Positions 1-13,440 of a stretch of 45,455 bases of DNA are shown here, in pieces; the stretch's first letter is position 1, and every line of letters begins with the position of its first letter. Under the pieces are notes generated by a model. That model was not told the DNA's origin. It made no database searches and saw only the letters and a list, made by a program, of their open reading frames with translations. A program made the position numbers and the translations under genes. Source of the stretch: Octopus bimaculoides (lineage: Eukaryota); NCBI RefSeq assembly GCF_001194135.2, contig NC_068997.1:9390606-9436060 (forward strand), written 5' to 3'.

Positions 1-54
1 CACCACCACCACCAACAACAACAACAACAACAGCAACAACAACAACAACAACAG
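1..54. repeat. (CAC)4 then (CAA/CAG)14 trinucleotide tract at the window edge
   Basis: Read directly: 1-12 (CAC)4, 13-30 (CAA)6, CAG, 34-51 (CAA)6, CAG. Confidence 0.95.
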
Positions 55-557
55 TTTCAACAATCTGGCAAAAATTACCAATGAAATATTAGTAACAGTT
101 GAATTTTGGATAGAGAGGGGGGGGGGAGAGAGAGAGAGAGGAAGAGAGAGAGAGAGAGAGAGCATCGGTTTGATATTAAGATAAGAAGGAAAATTCACAT
201 GAACAGTTAAGTGTAGGAACAACACTTGTTTAGCATTTAATGGTATAAGCCTTGAAATGACTGGTTATATTGGGATTTTATGGTGAATAAACTACAAAAT
301 TAAGAACAGCTGTTAAAAGAACAAGGTGAGTAAGCTGTGAGAGTGCCAAATATAGCAGAACAATCAATCAATTCTAAGCAGAGCAGAGTTACAACCAGTG
401 ATGTGAAGCAATGACCTGCTAAAGTCTTGCTAGGTAATATGCTGTTATGTACAACTTTGGTGGGAGCGCATGCATATGTGTAGGTGTGTTTGTGAATGCA
501 TAATATGCGTATATGCGCGTGTGCACGAGCATCTCTCCATTTCTCCCACTCTCTTTG

Positions 558-825
558 AATATATATATATATATATGTATGTGCATATATATATATGAAT
601 ATATGTATATGTGTGTGTGCATATATTTATGTATGTATATATATATATATATATATGAGTGTGAGTGTGTATACATATATATATATATATATATGAATAT
701 ATGTATATGTGTGTGTGTGTATGTATATATATATATATATATATGAATATATGTATATGTGTGTGTGCATATATATATATATATATATGAATATATGTAT
801 ATGTGTGTGTGCATATATATATATA
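558..825. repeat. Compound (AT)n/(GT)n microsatellite with a recurring unit GAATATATGTATATGTGTGTGTG(C)ATATAT...
   Basis: The unit recurs near 597, 695, 745 and 789, then runs into a gap. It explains the YIYI/VCVC ORFs. Confidence 0.9.
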
Positions 826-1452
826 NNNNNNNNNNNNNNNNNNNNNNNNNNNNNNNNNNNNNNNNNNNNNNNNNNNNNNNNNNNNNNNNNNNNNNNNNNN
901 NNNNNNNNNNNNNNNNNNNNNNNNNNNNNNNNNNNNNNNNNNNNNNNNNNNNNNNNNNNNNNNNNNNNNNNNNNNNNNNNNNNNNNNNNNNNNNNNNNNN
1001 NNNNNNNNNNNNNNNNNNNNNNNNNNNNNNNNNNNNNNNNNNNNNNNNNNNNNNNNNNNNNNNNNNNNNNNNNNNNNNNNNNNNNNNNNNNNNNNNNNNN
1101 NNNNNNNNNNNNNNNNNNNNNNNNNNNNNNNNNNNNNNNNNNNNNNNNNNNNNNNNNNNNNNNNNNNNNNNNNNNNNNNNNNNNNNNNNNNNNNNNNNNN
1201 NNNNNNNNNNNNNNNNNNNNNNNNNNNNNNNNNNNNNNNNNNNNNNNNNNNNNNNNNNNNNNNNNNNNNNNNNNNNNNNNNNNNNNNNNNNNNNNNNNNN
1301 NNNNNNNNNNNNNNNNNNNNNNNNNNNNNNNNNNNNNNNNNNNNNNNNNNNNNNNNNNNNNNNNNNNNNNNNNNNNNNNNNNNNNNNNNNNNNNNNNNNN
1401 NNNNNNNNNNNNNNNNNNNNNNNNNNNNNNNNNNNNNNNNNNNNNNNNNNNN
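826..1452. other. Assembly gap (N run)
   Basis: N run. Other gaps: 2107-2502, 4149-4468, 8791-8986, 29081-29203, 43202-43457. All poly-X ORFs in the track come from these. Confidence 1.
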
Positions 1453-1543
1453 TTAACAAGATGATAAATAGTCTCAACAATGATTTCTTAAAATTAGATT
1501 AAAGAATTAGCATTTCTGATTAAAAATAGTGTATGCATATTAT

Positions 1544-1575
<32 letters not shown>

Positions 1576-1619
1576 ACATGTAACTATGTGCATGTATATA
1601 GGCACACATGTGTGTGTAT

Positions 1620-1653
<34 letters not shown>

Positions 1654-1815
1654 ATGTGAGTTCATTTCTATATCTGTCTATATCTATCTTTCTATCTATA
1701 GATTAAAGAGATACATGGGTCTGTGCTCAGTTTTTCAAATCAAGTGACATCAATTCCAAATCCTGGCAATCACACCATGACAGTGGGTTCGATGTCACTC
1801 ACATTAACATTCACA

Positions 1816-2106
1816 TGTTGTTGTTGGCACTCCGTCGCTGACGACGACGAGGGTTCCAGTCGATCCGATCAATGGAACAGCCTGCTCGTGAAATTAACAT
1901 GCAAGTGGCTGAGCTCTCCACAGACACGTGTACCCTTAACATAGTTCTCGGGGATATTCAGCGTGACACAGAGTGACAAGGCTGACCCTTTGAATTACAG
2001 GTACAACAGAAACAGGAAGTAAGAGTGAGAGAAACTATGTGGTGGAAGAGTACAGCACGGTTCGCCACCATCCCCTGCCGGAGCCTCGTGGAGCTTTAGG
2101 TGTTTT
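1816..2106 (-). mobile_element. SINE-like repeat family E, (CAA)n tail on the minus strand, head lost in the gap
   Basis: About 150 bp is shared with a second copy at ~40825-40972 (GTTCCAGT.GATCCGATCAATGGAACAGCCTGCTCGTGAAATTAA...). The GTTGTTGTTG end reads as a (CAA)n tail. Confidence 0.75.
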
Positions 2107-2873
2107 NNNNNNNNNNNNNNNNNNNNNNNNNNNNNNNNNNNNNNNNNNNNNNNNNNNNNNNNNNNNNNNNNNNNNNNNNNNNNNNNNNNNNNNNNNNNNN
2201 NNNNNNNNNNNNNNNNNNNNNNNNNNNNNNNNNNNNNNNNNNNNNNNNNNNNNNNNNNNNNNNNNNNNNNNNNNNNNNNNNNNNNNNNNNNNNNNNNNNN
2301 NNNNNNNNNNNNNNNNNNNNNNNNNNNNNNNNNNNNNNNNNNNNNNNNNNNNNNNNNNNNNNNNNNNNNNNNNNNNNNNNNNNNNNNNNNNNNNNNNNNN
2401 NNNNNNNNNNNNNNNNNNNNNNNNNNNNNNNNNNNNNNNNNNNNNNNNNNNNNNNNNNNNNNNNNNNNNNNNNNNNNNNNNNNNNNNNNNNNNNNNNNNN
2501 NNTACATTGACAAAAGACCAAGGTTTCCAGCATAAGGGAAGAGGTGGAGGAGGGGAGCAATAACAATCGAAGGAGGAGGAGGAGGAGGAGGAGGAGGAGG
2601 AGGAGGTGTTAATGTGAAGAAAATGTTGAGTTTAAAGTGTAAGAGTGTATTTGTATTGTAGGTTTTTTTTCTTCTTTTCTTGGTCGTATGTCAAGCTGAA
2701 TGTGTATGCATATTCCTCAGTTTGCGAATGTTTATCATCTGTTGGCAACAGTTAATCTATTACAGGGTGTATATATGTGCTCTCGTGTATGTGGATCCAT
2801 ATGTTGTGTAACATGTTTGTTTTCAACAAAGTATGTGTGTGTGTGTGTGTGTGTGTGTATTTACATATATATA

Positions 2874-3237
2874 GGTGTGGCTGTGTGGTAAGAAGCTTGC
2901 TTCACAACCATATGGTTCCGGGTTCAGCCCCACTGCATGGCACCTTGGGCAAGTGTCTTCTACTATAGCCTCAAGCCGACCAAAGCCTTGTGAGTGGACT
3001 TGGTAGATGGAAACTGACAGAAGCCCATCATACATATGTGTGTGTGTGGTGTCATTGTTTCTGCCGCCAATGCATCACTGCTTGAAAACTGGTGTTGGTG
3101 TGTTTATGTCCCTGTAACCTAGCAGTTTGGCAAACGACACCAATAAAATAAGTACCAGGCTTAAAGAGAAAGTCCTGCGGTTGACTTGTTCGAGTAAAGA
3201 GTGGTGCTCCAGTATGACTGAAACAAAAGAATAAAAG
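2874..3237 (+). mobile_element. tRNA-headed SINE family B, full length (tail type 1)
   Basis: A-box-like TGGCTGTGTGG and B-box-like GGTTCAGCCCC, then ACCTTGGGCAAGTG (CORE-like), an internal (TG)n tract and an A-rich tail. Many other copies lie in the window. Confidence 0.85.
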
Positions 3238-3561
3238 TATATATATATATATATCATTCCATTGACCAGACTATTACCTATTTTATACACTGCTAATTAC
3301 AGCGTACTTATATTCTTCCCTTAACTGCATCCTCCTCTTCTACTTAGGCCCTTGTTCTTTAACCATTTCATCTTCCCATCATCTTAGAAGTCTTCTGAAT
3401 GGACTCTTCTGATATCTTGAACATCACATGATAACTGTATTGGTTCACCTGCTGGTGATGAGCTTTGTGATATATCTGGCCCAGTGGAACTCGTGTTTTC
3501 AGTATTCTCATTTTGAATATCTGATCTGAAGTTTTTTCCGTAAACAAGTGTATGAGGAAGG

Positions 3562-3655
<94 letters not shown>

Positions 3656-4107
3656 TAGGAGTAAGTATTAAGAAATATATTGGGCTTGTTCTAAGGAGGA
3701 TGAGATTAAAATTATCTGGTGTGGCCAGTGTTGGCCTTTCTGAAGATTAGAAACAGGTGTGACATTATAGGTAGAAACTACTTTCGGCCGGTGTGCATGC
3801 ACATGTATATAAGGGAATGTATGCCCGAGAAAGTGAGAGACAAAAAGAGAAAGAGACACAAAGACAAAGAGAGGGGGGAAAATAGAGATAATGGGAGAAT
3901 TGTGTTAAAACATAAAAACATCTAGTGTATAAAAATGAGAGGTGCTGTCTGGGAAGGGCAGAGCTCAAAACAGCAGAGAGATAGTGATTATATGTGTACA
4001 TACATACATATATACACGGTGGTGCATCAGCATGGCCGCAGCTCTGAGCTGAAACTTTGAAATGAAATGAAATGAAAAATACAAATGTATGTATGTATGT
4101 ATGTATG

Positions 4108-4148
<41 letters not shown>

Positions 4149-4810
4149 NNNNNNNNNNNNNNNNNNNNNNNNNNNNNNNNNNNNNNNNNNNNNNNNNNNN
4201 NNNNNNNNNNNNNNNNNNNNNNNNNNNNNNNNNNNNNNNNNNNNNNNNNNNNNNNNNNNNNNNNNNNNNNNNNNNNNNNNNNNNNNNNNNNNNNNNNNNN
4301 NNNNNNNNNNNNNNNNNNNNNNNNNNNNNNNNNNNNNNNNNNNNNNNNNNNNNNNNNNNNNNNNNNNNNNNNNNNNNNNNNNNNNNNNNNNNNNNNNNNN
4401 NNNNNNNNNNNNNNNNNNNNNNNNNNNNNNNNNNNNNNNNNNNNNNNNNNNNNNNNNNNNNNNNNNNNATAGATAGATATATAAATAAATGATGGGAATC
4501 TCTGGTCAAAGACAATATTATGAATGTTCAGTTTTTGTTGAATGAGCAGCACAAATGATTTGTTTATAGTGATCAAAAATGTATTATGTGCTGCCCATGA
4601 GCCCACTCACTCCCTCAAATCAATGTTTCCCAAACGGGTGTATGGTGTACCACATGTCAGGTGTTGAAGTGATTGCAAAACACAAGATCCAGTGTTTGGC
4701 TAAAAAGAACACAACACACCATCCAGTCCAAGAAGTAAAACCACAATCTTGCAATCGTGAGAGAAACACCTTAACCACTAGGCCACGATATTTTATGATA
4801 CAAAGATTGT

Positions 4811-5030
4811 AAGCTGGTAGAATCATTACTGTGCTGAGCAAAAATGCTTAGCGGCATTTTTTTCTAGCTCTTTACATTTTAAGTTCAAATGTTGCTGAGG
4901 TTGACTTTGCCTGTCATCCTTTCAGGGGTTGATAAAATAGATACCAGTCAAGTACTGGGTTGATGTAATCATCATGCGCCCTCACTTCAAAATTGCCTTC
5001 TGCCAAAACTAGAAAGAATTATTAGCACTG
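4811..5030 (+). mobile_element. SINE family A, old copy (a second decayed copy follows at ~5047-5250)
   Basis: AAGCTGGTAGAATCATT head, B-box-like AAGTTCAAATG, and a TTGACTTTGCC..TCATCCTTTC..GATAAAATA..TACCAG body shared with more than 10 copies. Confidence 0.8.
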
Positions 5031-5350
5031 GTCAATGGAATTGGATAGGCAGAATCATTAGAGCCTGGAGAAATGTCAAGCAGTACTTATTCTTTGTTTC
5101 TTACAGTCTGAGTTTGACTCCTGCTGAGGTCAACTTTGCCTTTCATCCTTCTAAGGTTAAAAAAAAATAAAGCACCAACCATCTATTGTGATTAATATAA
5201 CTGACCATTTTCCCATCTAATAAATTTATGGTATTATGCTTAACTCAGAAACTATTACTAGTGCTATTTGCATTTAGTGAAGACTTTGGATTCACTAATA
5301 CCATACCCTAGTAAATAATGTTTCAATAACCCTTGCCACCTAGCAACCTT

Positions 5351-5617
5351 ATCAACAGCAAGAGAAGAAAAAGGGGTTGGCTGGGATATACACTATAGAA
5401 AACTGTTTCCAATATTACAAGACAAGCCCTCTGATGGACACCCCAAGGGAGATGCTAGTATGGAAAACCAAAAACATGGAGAAGGTACAGAGACCTGGAA
5501 TCACTGGAAAATGGCTACACATAGGGACAACTTCAGTCCATTGCCGAAGATCAAGACAGATGGAAATTTTTCGTTGGCACCCTATGTTCCTTATGGAATC
5601 AAAAGAATGAAGAAAAT
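5351..5617 (+). pseudogene. Decayed 3' end of an RTE-clade LINE ORF2
   Basis: The frame from 5351 reads INSKRRKRGWLGYTL*KTVSNITRQAL*WTPQGRC*YGKPKTWRRYRDLESLENGYT*GQLQSIAEDQDRWKFFVGTLCSLWNQKNEEN. This fits the RTE C-terminal pattern W(I/L)GHTLR..ITRQAL.W.PQG.R..GRP..TWRR...W...V..LCS, with 4 in-frame stops. Confidence 0.8.
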
Positions 5618-6001
5618 CCTTTGCCACTTAACTGCAGTTAACCTTTGTGCAAAAACAATATTCATTTTTTGCTTTTTTCTCTCTCCTTGGTGTCTGAATA
5701 TGGACACCTTGCAATTGAGAGACACCAACTGTTCCAAGCAACTTGTAGCAAGATTGGAAGAAATAAATTAAAGTAGGAAAATAATAAAGTGGGATGCCAC
5801 AGAGAATATATATATATATACTGGAGCGAACACGTTACAATGAAGTAGAGAAATTTGAAAAGACAACACGAAACTGGTTATTTCTCAAAATTACAATGTT
5901 TATATACCAAAAAGATTTTATAACATTTTTCTGACATAATTTAAATATATACTTTAACTATGTAACACAAGCCTTCTGTAGTTTTTTTCACTCTTATCAT
6001 C

Positions 6002-6043
<42 letters not shown>

Positions 6044-6872
6044 TTTTTACAGGCAAAAATGAAAAACAAAAATGTTTGAAAGAGAAAGATATATAATTTG
6101 TAAGACATTAGTCACCTATGATAAACTGTTGGTGAAATCTCATCAAAACATGAAAAGAAAAAGCCAAGTTATTGTTTCAAATGTAATTAAATATTAAAGA
6201 AATCTAATCTAATATTTATGCATCACCTGGGAATTGGAGTAGATTTGAAAGTTGCAAGAAAGATAATTTATATGTGAATGTAAGAAATAAATGAAACATT
6301 TTGAAATTTTGTTTTAGGCACAAACTTGAAAGCTGCTATAGTTAGTTTATAACTTGATGCAACAACACGACTCGATTACAAGGTACAGCATTAAACTGAG
6401 TGGTTTACAAGTCTTGTCCTTGTATTATATTCTAAGTGAAAATCACACTAAGACATAGACTTCAGTTCTTATCAATTTTTAGAGTTAATAAAATAAAACA
6501 GAACTGCCAGTAACATAATAGGAAGGTGGAAATTTTGCAGAGTTGTTCAAGTGGGAGTTTATTTGCATTGAAGTATTTGTTCTAATTTTCTGCATTCTGA
6601 GTTCAAATCCTGCCAGGAGTCAACTTTACCATTCATCCTTTCACGATTGATAAAGTACCAATCAAGTACTGAGGCTGATTCATCTCTTTATTTCTTTTCC
6701 ATTATAATCATCATTTAACGTCCGTTATCCATGTGTTGGATACTGTGAGGGGAGCTAGCAAGCTAGGAAGCTGCACCATCCTCCATTAAGGATTTTCCCC
6801 TTGCTCTATCAAGAATTGGTTCCAGCCAACGAGATCAATATTAAACCCCCCCCCGCCCCCGCCACAAACACA

Positions 6873-7011
6873 CCTGTGCTCTCAAGCACATTGAGCAGCA
6901 AGTTCATGCTACTGGTATCTGTTGGCTGAGGCTTTCTCCACATCTGACCATACTGGCTTCTCCCGTCTTGCTCATGAATGTTCTGCACCATCTAGTTTAT
7001 GGTCTTCCTCT
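6873..7011 (-). pseudogene. Probable decayed LINE (RTE-like) ORF2 C-terminal fragment
   Basis: The minus strand reads RGRP*TRWCRTF and, after a frameshift, VWSDVEKASANRYQ*HELAAQCA*EHR. This resembles RGRP..TW.RT...W..VE..A.DR..W..LAAQC. Confidence 0.5.
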
Positions 7012-7667
7012 CTTTCTTTTCCCCTTAATTTGGACAATAGACACCAATCTTGAGAAAAACACCTGCAATAGACTGTCATTTTACCTAGAGTGAAATGTAT
7101 CTCCCTTCCACTTAAATCGAAAGCTGTTTTGGAAGTGGTGTTGTTTTACTAACCAGATATGTGACCTGTTATTTTTAATCTTCATTCCACAATGGTTTCA
7201 CTAAGTGTCTTGAGTTGGTTACAACTAAACAATGACAAACCATCTTTGTATTTTCCTGCAAAAATCCCACTACAAGTATATGTTGTTTGCCAAGGAAGTC
7301 ACCAGTGTTCGATTGTCAACTTATTGATTCAAAGAAGTAACCAACGAGTAAAATTCAATAGATTTATTATATTTCTTTCTTTGGTACCAAAGTTATACAG
7401 TACTGAATACTGGAGCATGCATAGTTGAAGTGAACTCAGGCAGATGAAGATAGTCACCAGCATTAATTTGTTTCACTTCATTTGTGGTGATAATGTATCT
7501 TGGAAATGCATGAACATTCATAACTCCCCTGTCTCTTAAATAGTAAAACGAAAATAAAATTATGTTACACAAAATAAACTGCCATAGGATAAACATCCAT
7601 ATACATTTCATCAATGAAGAGTCGACACCCAATGAAGAAACAGTTTCACTGCATTGCTCTACAATAT

Positions 7668-7878
7668 ATTGATTTCAAATTTTGGCACAAGGCCAGCAAT
7701 TTTTGGTGGGAGGGGCTAAGTTGGTTACATCAACTCCAATGTTCAACAGTTAGTTGTTTCATCAACCTCAAAAGGATAAAAGGCCAAGTTAACCTTGGCA
7801 GAATTTGAACTCCAAATATGAAGACAAATGAAATGCCACTAAACATTTCGTTCAGTATACTGATAAATTTGCCAGCAT
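7668..7878 (-). mobile_element. SINE family A, old copy
   Basis: Reverse complement of the family A body and of the tail TTTCAAATTTTGGCACAAGGCCAGCAATT. Confidence 0.8.
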
Positions 7879-8299
7879 GCTGCCATCTGCCATCCAAAAT
7901 ATTTATTCTACCTTGTCTCAGATATCTTAATTGAAAAATAGACACTGTTCTTACAGTGTAGGAAACATCACTTGCAATAGCCGGACATCTTACCTAGAGT
8001 GACATGTGTCTGTCATCTACTTAATTTAAATTACTGTATAATGGATAATCCTTTATCCAGAACTCTTGGGACTGGAAAAGTTTGATTTAAGAGTTTTTTT
8101 TATTTATTCTGAAATAATTGTATATTTGCAGATGAAATGGGACAACTTGGCATGAGATCCAATTCTAAAGACATTACTGATTTCCATGGGGAAGCAATGT
8201 ATTCACCTTTCCTGCAAAACACTTGCTCCTGTCCCTCTACCATACTCTCACATATTCTTAATATTATACTTCACTCAGATGAGGGGGAGGGGTCATGTC

Positions 8300-8505
8300 T
8301 TGAGCACTTGGTGACTTCACCAGTGCTGGTGCCATGAAAAAAAGTACCCAGTCCATTCTGTAAAGTGGTTGATGTTAGGAAAGGTATCCTGATGTAGAGA
8401 CCATATCAAAGCAGACATTAGAGCTTGGCACAGTTCTGTGGGGTTCTGCTGAACTGTCCCACCCATGCCAGCATGGAGAAAGAATGACGATGGTGATGAT
8501 GATTA
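8300..8505 (+). mobile_element. (GAT)n-tailed repeat family C, 3' fragment
   Basis: Ends ACCCATGCCAGCATGGA...GATGGTGATGATG, like the copies near 19.4, 28.4 and 38.1 kb. Confidence 0.7.
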
Positions 8506-9857
8506 CTTCTTGTACAGTTAAGGCAGTTTATATAAACATGGTGGTGGCCTACTTTTGCACAACATGCAGCAGTTTCACTTTGGCAATGTCTCACTTTTCA
8601 CCAAACCAAAGCAGTCTATAATCCATTCACTTCAGCTTGTCAGCCACATAAAACAGATATAAATCATTTTTATTTTATGCTCACCTACAACTACCAATCA
8701 CTTTTTAAAACCTCTCCAAGCATTTGCAGAAATATTTCCTTTCTAGTGCTTCTCTTTCACTCAGAAAAAAAAAAAAAAAAAAAAAAAAAANNNNNNNNNN
8801 NNNNNNNNNNNNNNNNNNNNNNNNNNNNNNNNNNNNNNNNNNNNNNNNNNNNNNNNNNNNNNNNNNNNNNNNNNNNNNNNNNNNNNNNNNNNNNNNNNNN
8901 NNNNNNNNNNNNNNNNNNNNNNNNNNNNNNNNNNNNNNNNNNNNNNNNNNNNNNNNNNNNNNNNNNNNNNNNNNNNNNNNNNNNNNGGGGGGGGGGGGTG
9001 TCATTTTCTAGGGATATTTTTTTTAAAGTTACAATATCAATATTAGTTCATTTTGAAATAGAATTAGTATCGAGTTGCCAAATATGGAGAAAGAGACAAA
9101 TTGGGTCATGTGACTTTCTCATGAGCTGTGCTTAAGTTTGAAATCAGGATGAGTAATCCTAGCACTTTAATCACACAGCTATCATACATCATATTTTTAA
9201 AATTCACACCTTCTAAATTACTCAAGGTTTCTTTCACAAACATTCTTTCTCTCTCTCTCTCTCTCTCATTAGATTACTTATAGAATGAAAAAAGAGATTT
9301 CTCAAAGAACTGAAGATAACTCCTCTTCTTTTTCCTTGCAATTCAGATGCCACTGGAAGATCGCTGCAATAAACGCTATCATGAAACTGGATTTGTAGGG
9401 CTACCTTGGACTTAATGCAATGTAATTTATAGGGTTTCATAGACGATGTAAAAACAAAAAAACAAAAACAAAACAAAACAACAACAACATGAGATTAGCA
9501 AATCCATTATCAATTGGTAGGAAAGTAATGGATAAGATGATAAAGAAACAGCTTAAAGTTTTAAAAAATCATTTAGACATATGATATGGCTAACTACTTC
9601 AAAATGCACAGTCCATGAAATGACATGTCCAAGTAGCCACTTAAATTTAGATACAAACACAATACTTCTTTTCTATACATTTACCAAACAGCCTTTTTTC
9701 TTTTTATCAGTGGTTTCCCTACTTCTCCCTGACTCGTGGCCTTAATACACATAAACATACACACTATCACTATAGTAACCATAATACTAACCTAAACCTT
9801 TGAGTTACATACATACATCCATATATATACATATACAGACACTATATATGTATAAAT

Positions 9858-9915
<58 letters not shown>

Positions 9916-10374
9916 TACATACATACACACAATATACATACACACACAATATACATACATACACACACAATATATATACTTACACATAAGTACATACACA
10001 CTAATATACATACATATGTGTATGTATGTATACATACATACACATATACTATACACTCATACACACATGCATGCACACGTATATATGCTAAAATGCACAT
10101 TCCTTCTCATAAACTGACACGTTTACCAAATTTTCAATTGCTGTATGAAGAGCAACATAAAATCTAAATGGAATGTGTAAATTATAAATGATTTGCTTAG
10201 TTATGATAGTCAGTATTCAGTGAAAGGAAACAAACAGAGCTATTAGGAAGTAAGTAAGTATTTATATTATTTTATTTTATTCCATCTTATTCGATGCATA
10301 GAAACAGAGATTCTAGTTTGTGGATTACAAGCTTGAAGAATGAATCTTGAAGTCAGTTTTATATTTTCTAATGA

Positions 10375-10408
<34 letters not shown>

Positions 10409-11032
10409 CTCCCTTCTCTCAAACAAAATCTGATGCTAAAATGGATTTTAAACAGTTGTATGTAGGCACTTATTAAGCAACAACATCAACAACAACAACT
10501 AACTAAACTAAAAAATAAATACAAGCTTTTTCTTATAATTTTGAAGCTTCTACTTGGCAACAGAGATGAAGAGAAATAAAGAAACAGAAATAAGGAAGAC
10601 AATCATTGTTGCCATACACAGATTCGCCGAAATGTTTTTTCCAATATAGATACGAAATAATGATCAATTCATCTTAACCTTGTTAAAGTCTTCAATTTAG
10701 ACATTTTTATGAAATAATCATGGGGAGAGTCCCAATTTGAAATTCTTAAGTTCATAAAAATTTTCAACAAATTTACATTATAACTTTTTAAATATCATTT
10801 TACTTTATACTTAATTTTAAAATTCTACTATTTTTAGCTGAAATAGTATCAAAGCAAATGGATTTACCTCCTCCTGATGATGCTAACACATAAAGATAGC
10901 TGCGTGTTCTATATACAAAAATACGTTTTAATTCTTCTCTAAAATTGAAAGATGTACAATAAAATATGCATGCGTGAGTGTGTGTGTATGTATATATACA
11001 TACATGTAGAGATACATATACATGTGTGTGAA

Positions 11033-11139
<107 letters not shown>

Positions 11140-11209
11140 TCACCATGGACAGATGAAAACAATGACACCATCTCTGCAGTGTGCAAATAATGCTAAGACA
11201 ATGGTTAAG

Positions 11210-11710
<501 letters not shown>

Positions 11711-11744
11711 TGATGGAATTAGGAAGTAAACGATAGAAAAATAT

Positions 11745-12082
11745 TCCAGGTCATGTGGTTGAGAAGCTCGTTTCCCAAATCATGTGGATCTTGGGTTCAG
11801 TCCCACTGCACAGTACCTTGGGCAAATGTCTTCTACAATAGTGTCAGGCTGGTCAAAGTTTTCTGATTGGATTTGGTGGACAGAAACCGAAAGAAGCCCA
11901 TTGTGTGCATATATCGCATGTGTGCACATATGTGTGTGTCTTTGGCATAACAGGACAAAATAAGTACTAGGCTTAAAAAGAAACAAAAAGCCCTGGGGGT
12001 TGATTTGTTCAACTAAAACCCTTCAAGTTAGTGCCCCAGCATGGCCACAGTCCAATGATTAAAACAAATGAAAGAGGATAAA
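11745..12082 (+). mobile_element. SINE family B (tail type 1), with an internal deletion
   Basis: GGGTTCAGTCCCACTGCAC.GTACCTTGGGCAAATGTCTTCTAC head; tail AATAAGTACTAGGCTTAAAAAG...CCAGCATGGCCACAGTC. Confidence 0.8.
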
Positions 12083-13440
12083 AGATCTGAATGCATTGGA
12101 TCATTACCAGAAATATTTCTAAACAGATTAGTATTGACACAAGTAAGGATAAAAATACTATTGTTTGTATTTCTTGTTGTATGAAGAATTTCTGTATCAT
12201 ACATTCTAAGGTAAGAAAATGTAAGATAAGAACTGTAATTGCATTATACCATTCACAGACATGTGGTTGAATCTGCCAATGGATTTCAGAAATTACCAAA
12301 GAAATTTCAAAAGTATTTGAAGAGTGACAGAACAGAGAATGATATATCAAGTCAGTTTCTACAGAATATAATTCTTTTTTCTAGCTGTTATTAGATTTTG
12401 AATAAATTGTGAAAATGTTTTGAATTTTATTGTCTTACTGCCTCACATTTTTGGTACCAACCTTCATTCATCTCCCTAAGTCCTAAGTCACAAGTCATAT
12501 ACACAGAATGCCCTTAGGGCAAGCCAGTTAATTCTCTACATATCTCAGTTTAATTAGCTGTAGGGTAAAGGTACAAAATCTTTTGAGAATTGCCATCTGC
12601 AATAGACTGACTCTTGTTTTAGGGAAGATTTAAACTTTCTTCAACCTAATGCCACGACACTGCTTGTTAATAACAATTTTTACCAAAGCATTTGGGAGAC
12701 TTAGAAAAATTTCCTGATATAGTGTCATGTAGCCTATTATTCTGAATAACGATTCTCAATTGAGTCAATTAGAAAGAGCTGGATATAGTTTCATGGATTC
12801 AAAAATTTGGCAGTCAGCAAAAGTTCCAGAACAGCTTATTTCATATAACCTATGATCAAAACCATTGCAGGCTTAAGAATTACATGGTTTTCTTTGCTTT
12901 TTTTTTTTTTTTTTGCAGGAATATCTAAGATTACATTGGTCATTATCTGCCTCTTGTTTTAATGCAGTAGGATGTAATTTGAGGAAATTTGCTTGCTGTT
13001 CTAAGTGGTTCAAACAACCATGAAGTGGTTCCATTATTGATTCATTACAGAATTCTTCCTAGAGGTCAAAGATATCATTAAACTCAATACTCTGGTTAAA
13101 AAATGGTTTAAATTCTATTGACCAGTTACAAGTCCAATGTAAATAAGCTTTCTCGGCCCATCAGATCTGCATTATTTGTCTAAAAACCTTCTCAGATGTT
13201 TGCTATTTCTGAGTACCTTTCCTGCCTGAAATTCTTTTACTGAAGGCACCATTCACCATCCATATTTCTTTTTATTAATACATCATACAGCATGTTAACT
13301 ATCTAAGAATTTAAAACATTGAAACTAGATGGATGGCAGAATTGACAGAATGTTGAACAAAGTATCTTGAGTCATTTTGTTATGGTTCTAATTTCTGAAT
13401 TCAAATTCCACTCTGAGGCCATTTTGCTTTTCATCCTTCT

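Noticed and set aside
2874-2940. tRNA-like A/B boxes at SINE heads (also 13690-13745, 21660-21730, 39383-39450)
   Set aside because: No complete cloverleaf; each continues into a repeated SINE body, so they are not tRNA genes.
419-4606. Long ORFs such as 353 aa at 419-1480, 251 aa and 213 aa
   Set aside because: They are made of N gaps (poly-X) and (AT)/(GT) microsatellites; not coding.
7393-7530. Minus-strand frame RDRGVMNVHAFPRYIITTNEVKQINAGDYLHLPEFTSTMHAPVFSTV*
   Set aside because: No recognisable homology; open frames of this length occur by chance, and I could not link it to other exons.
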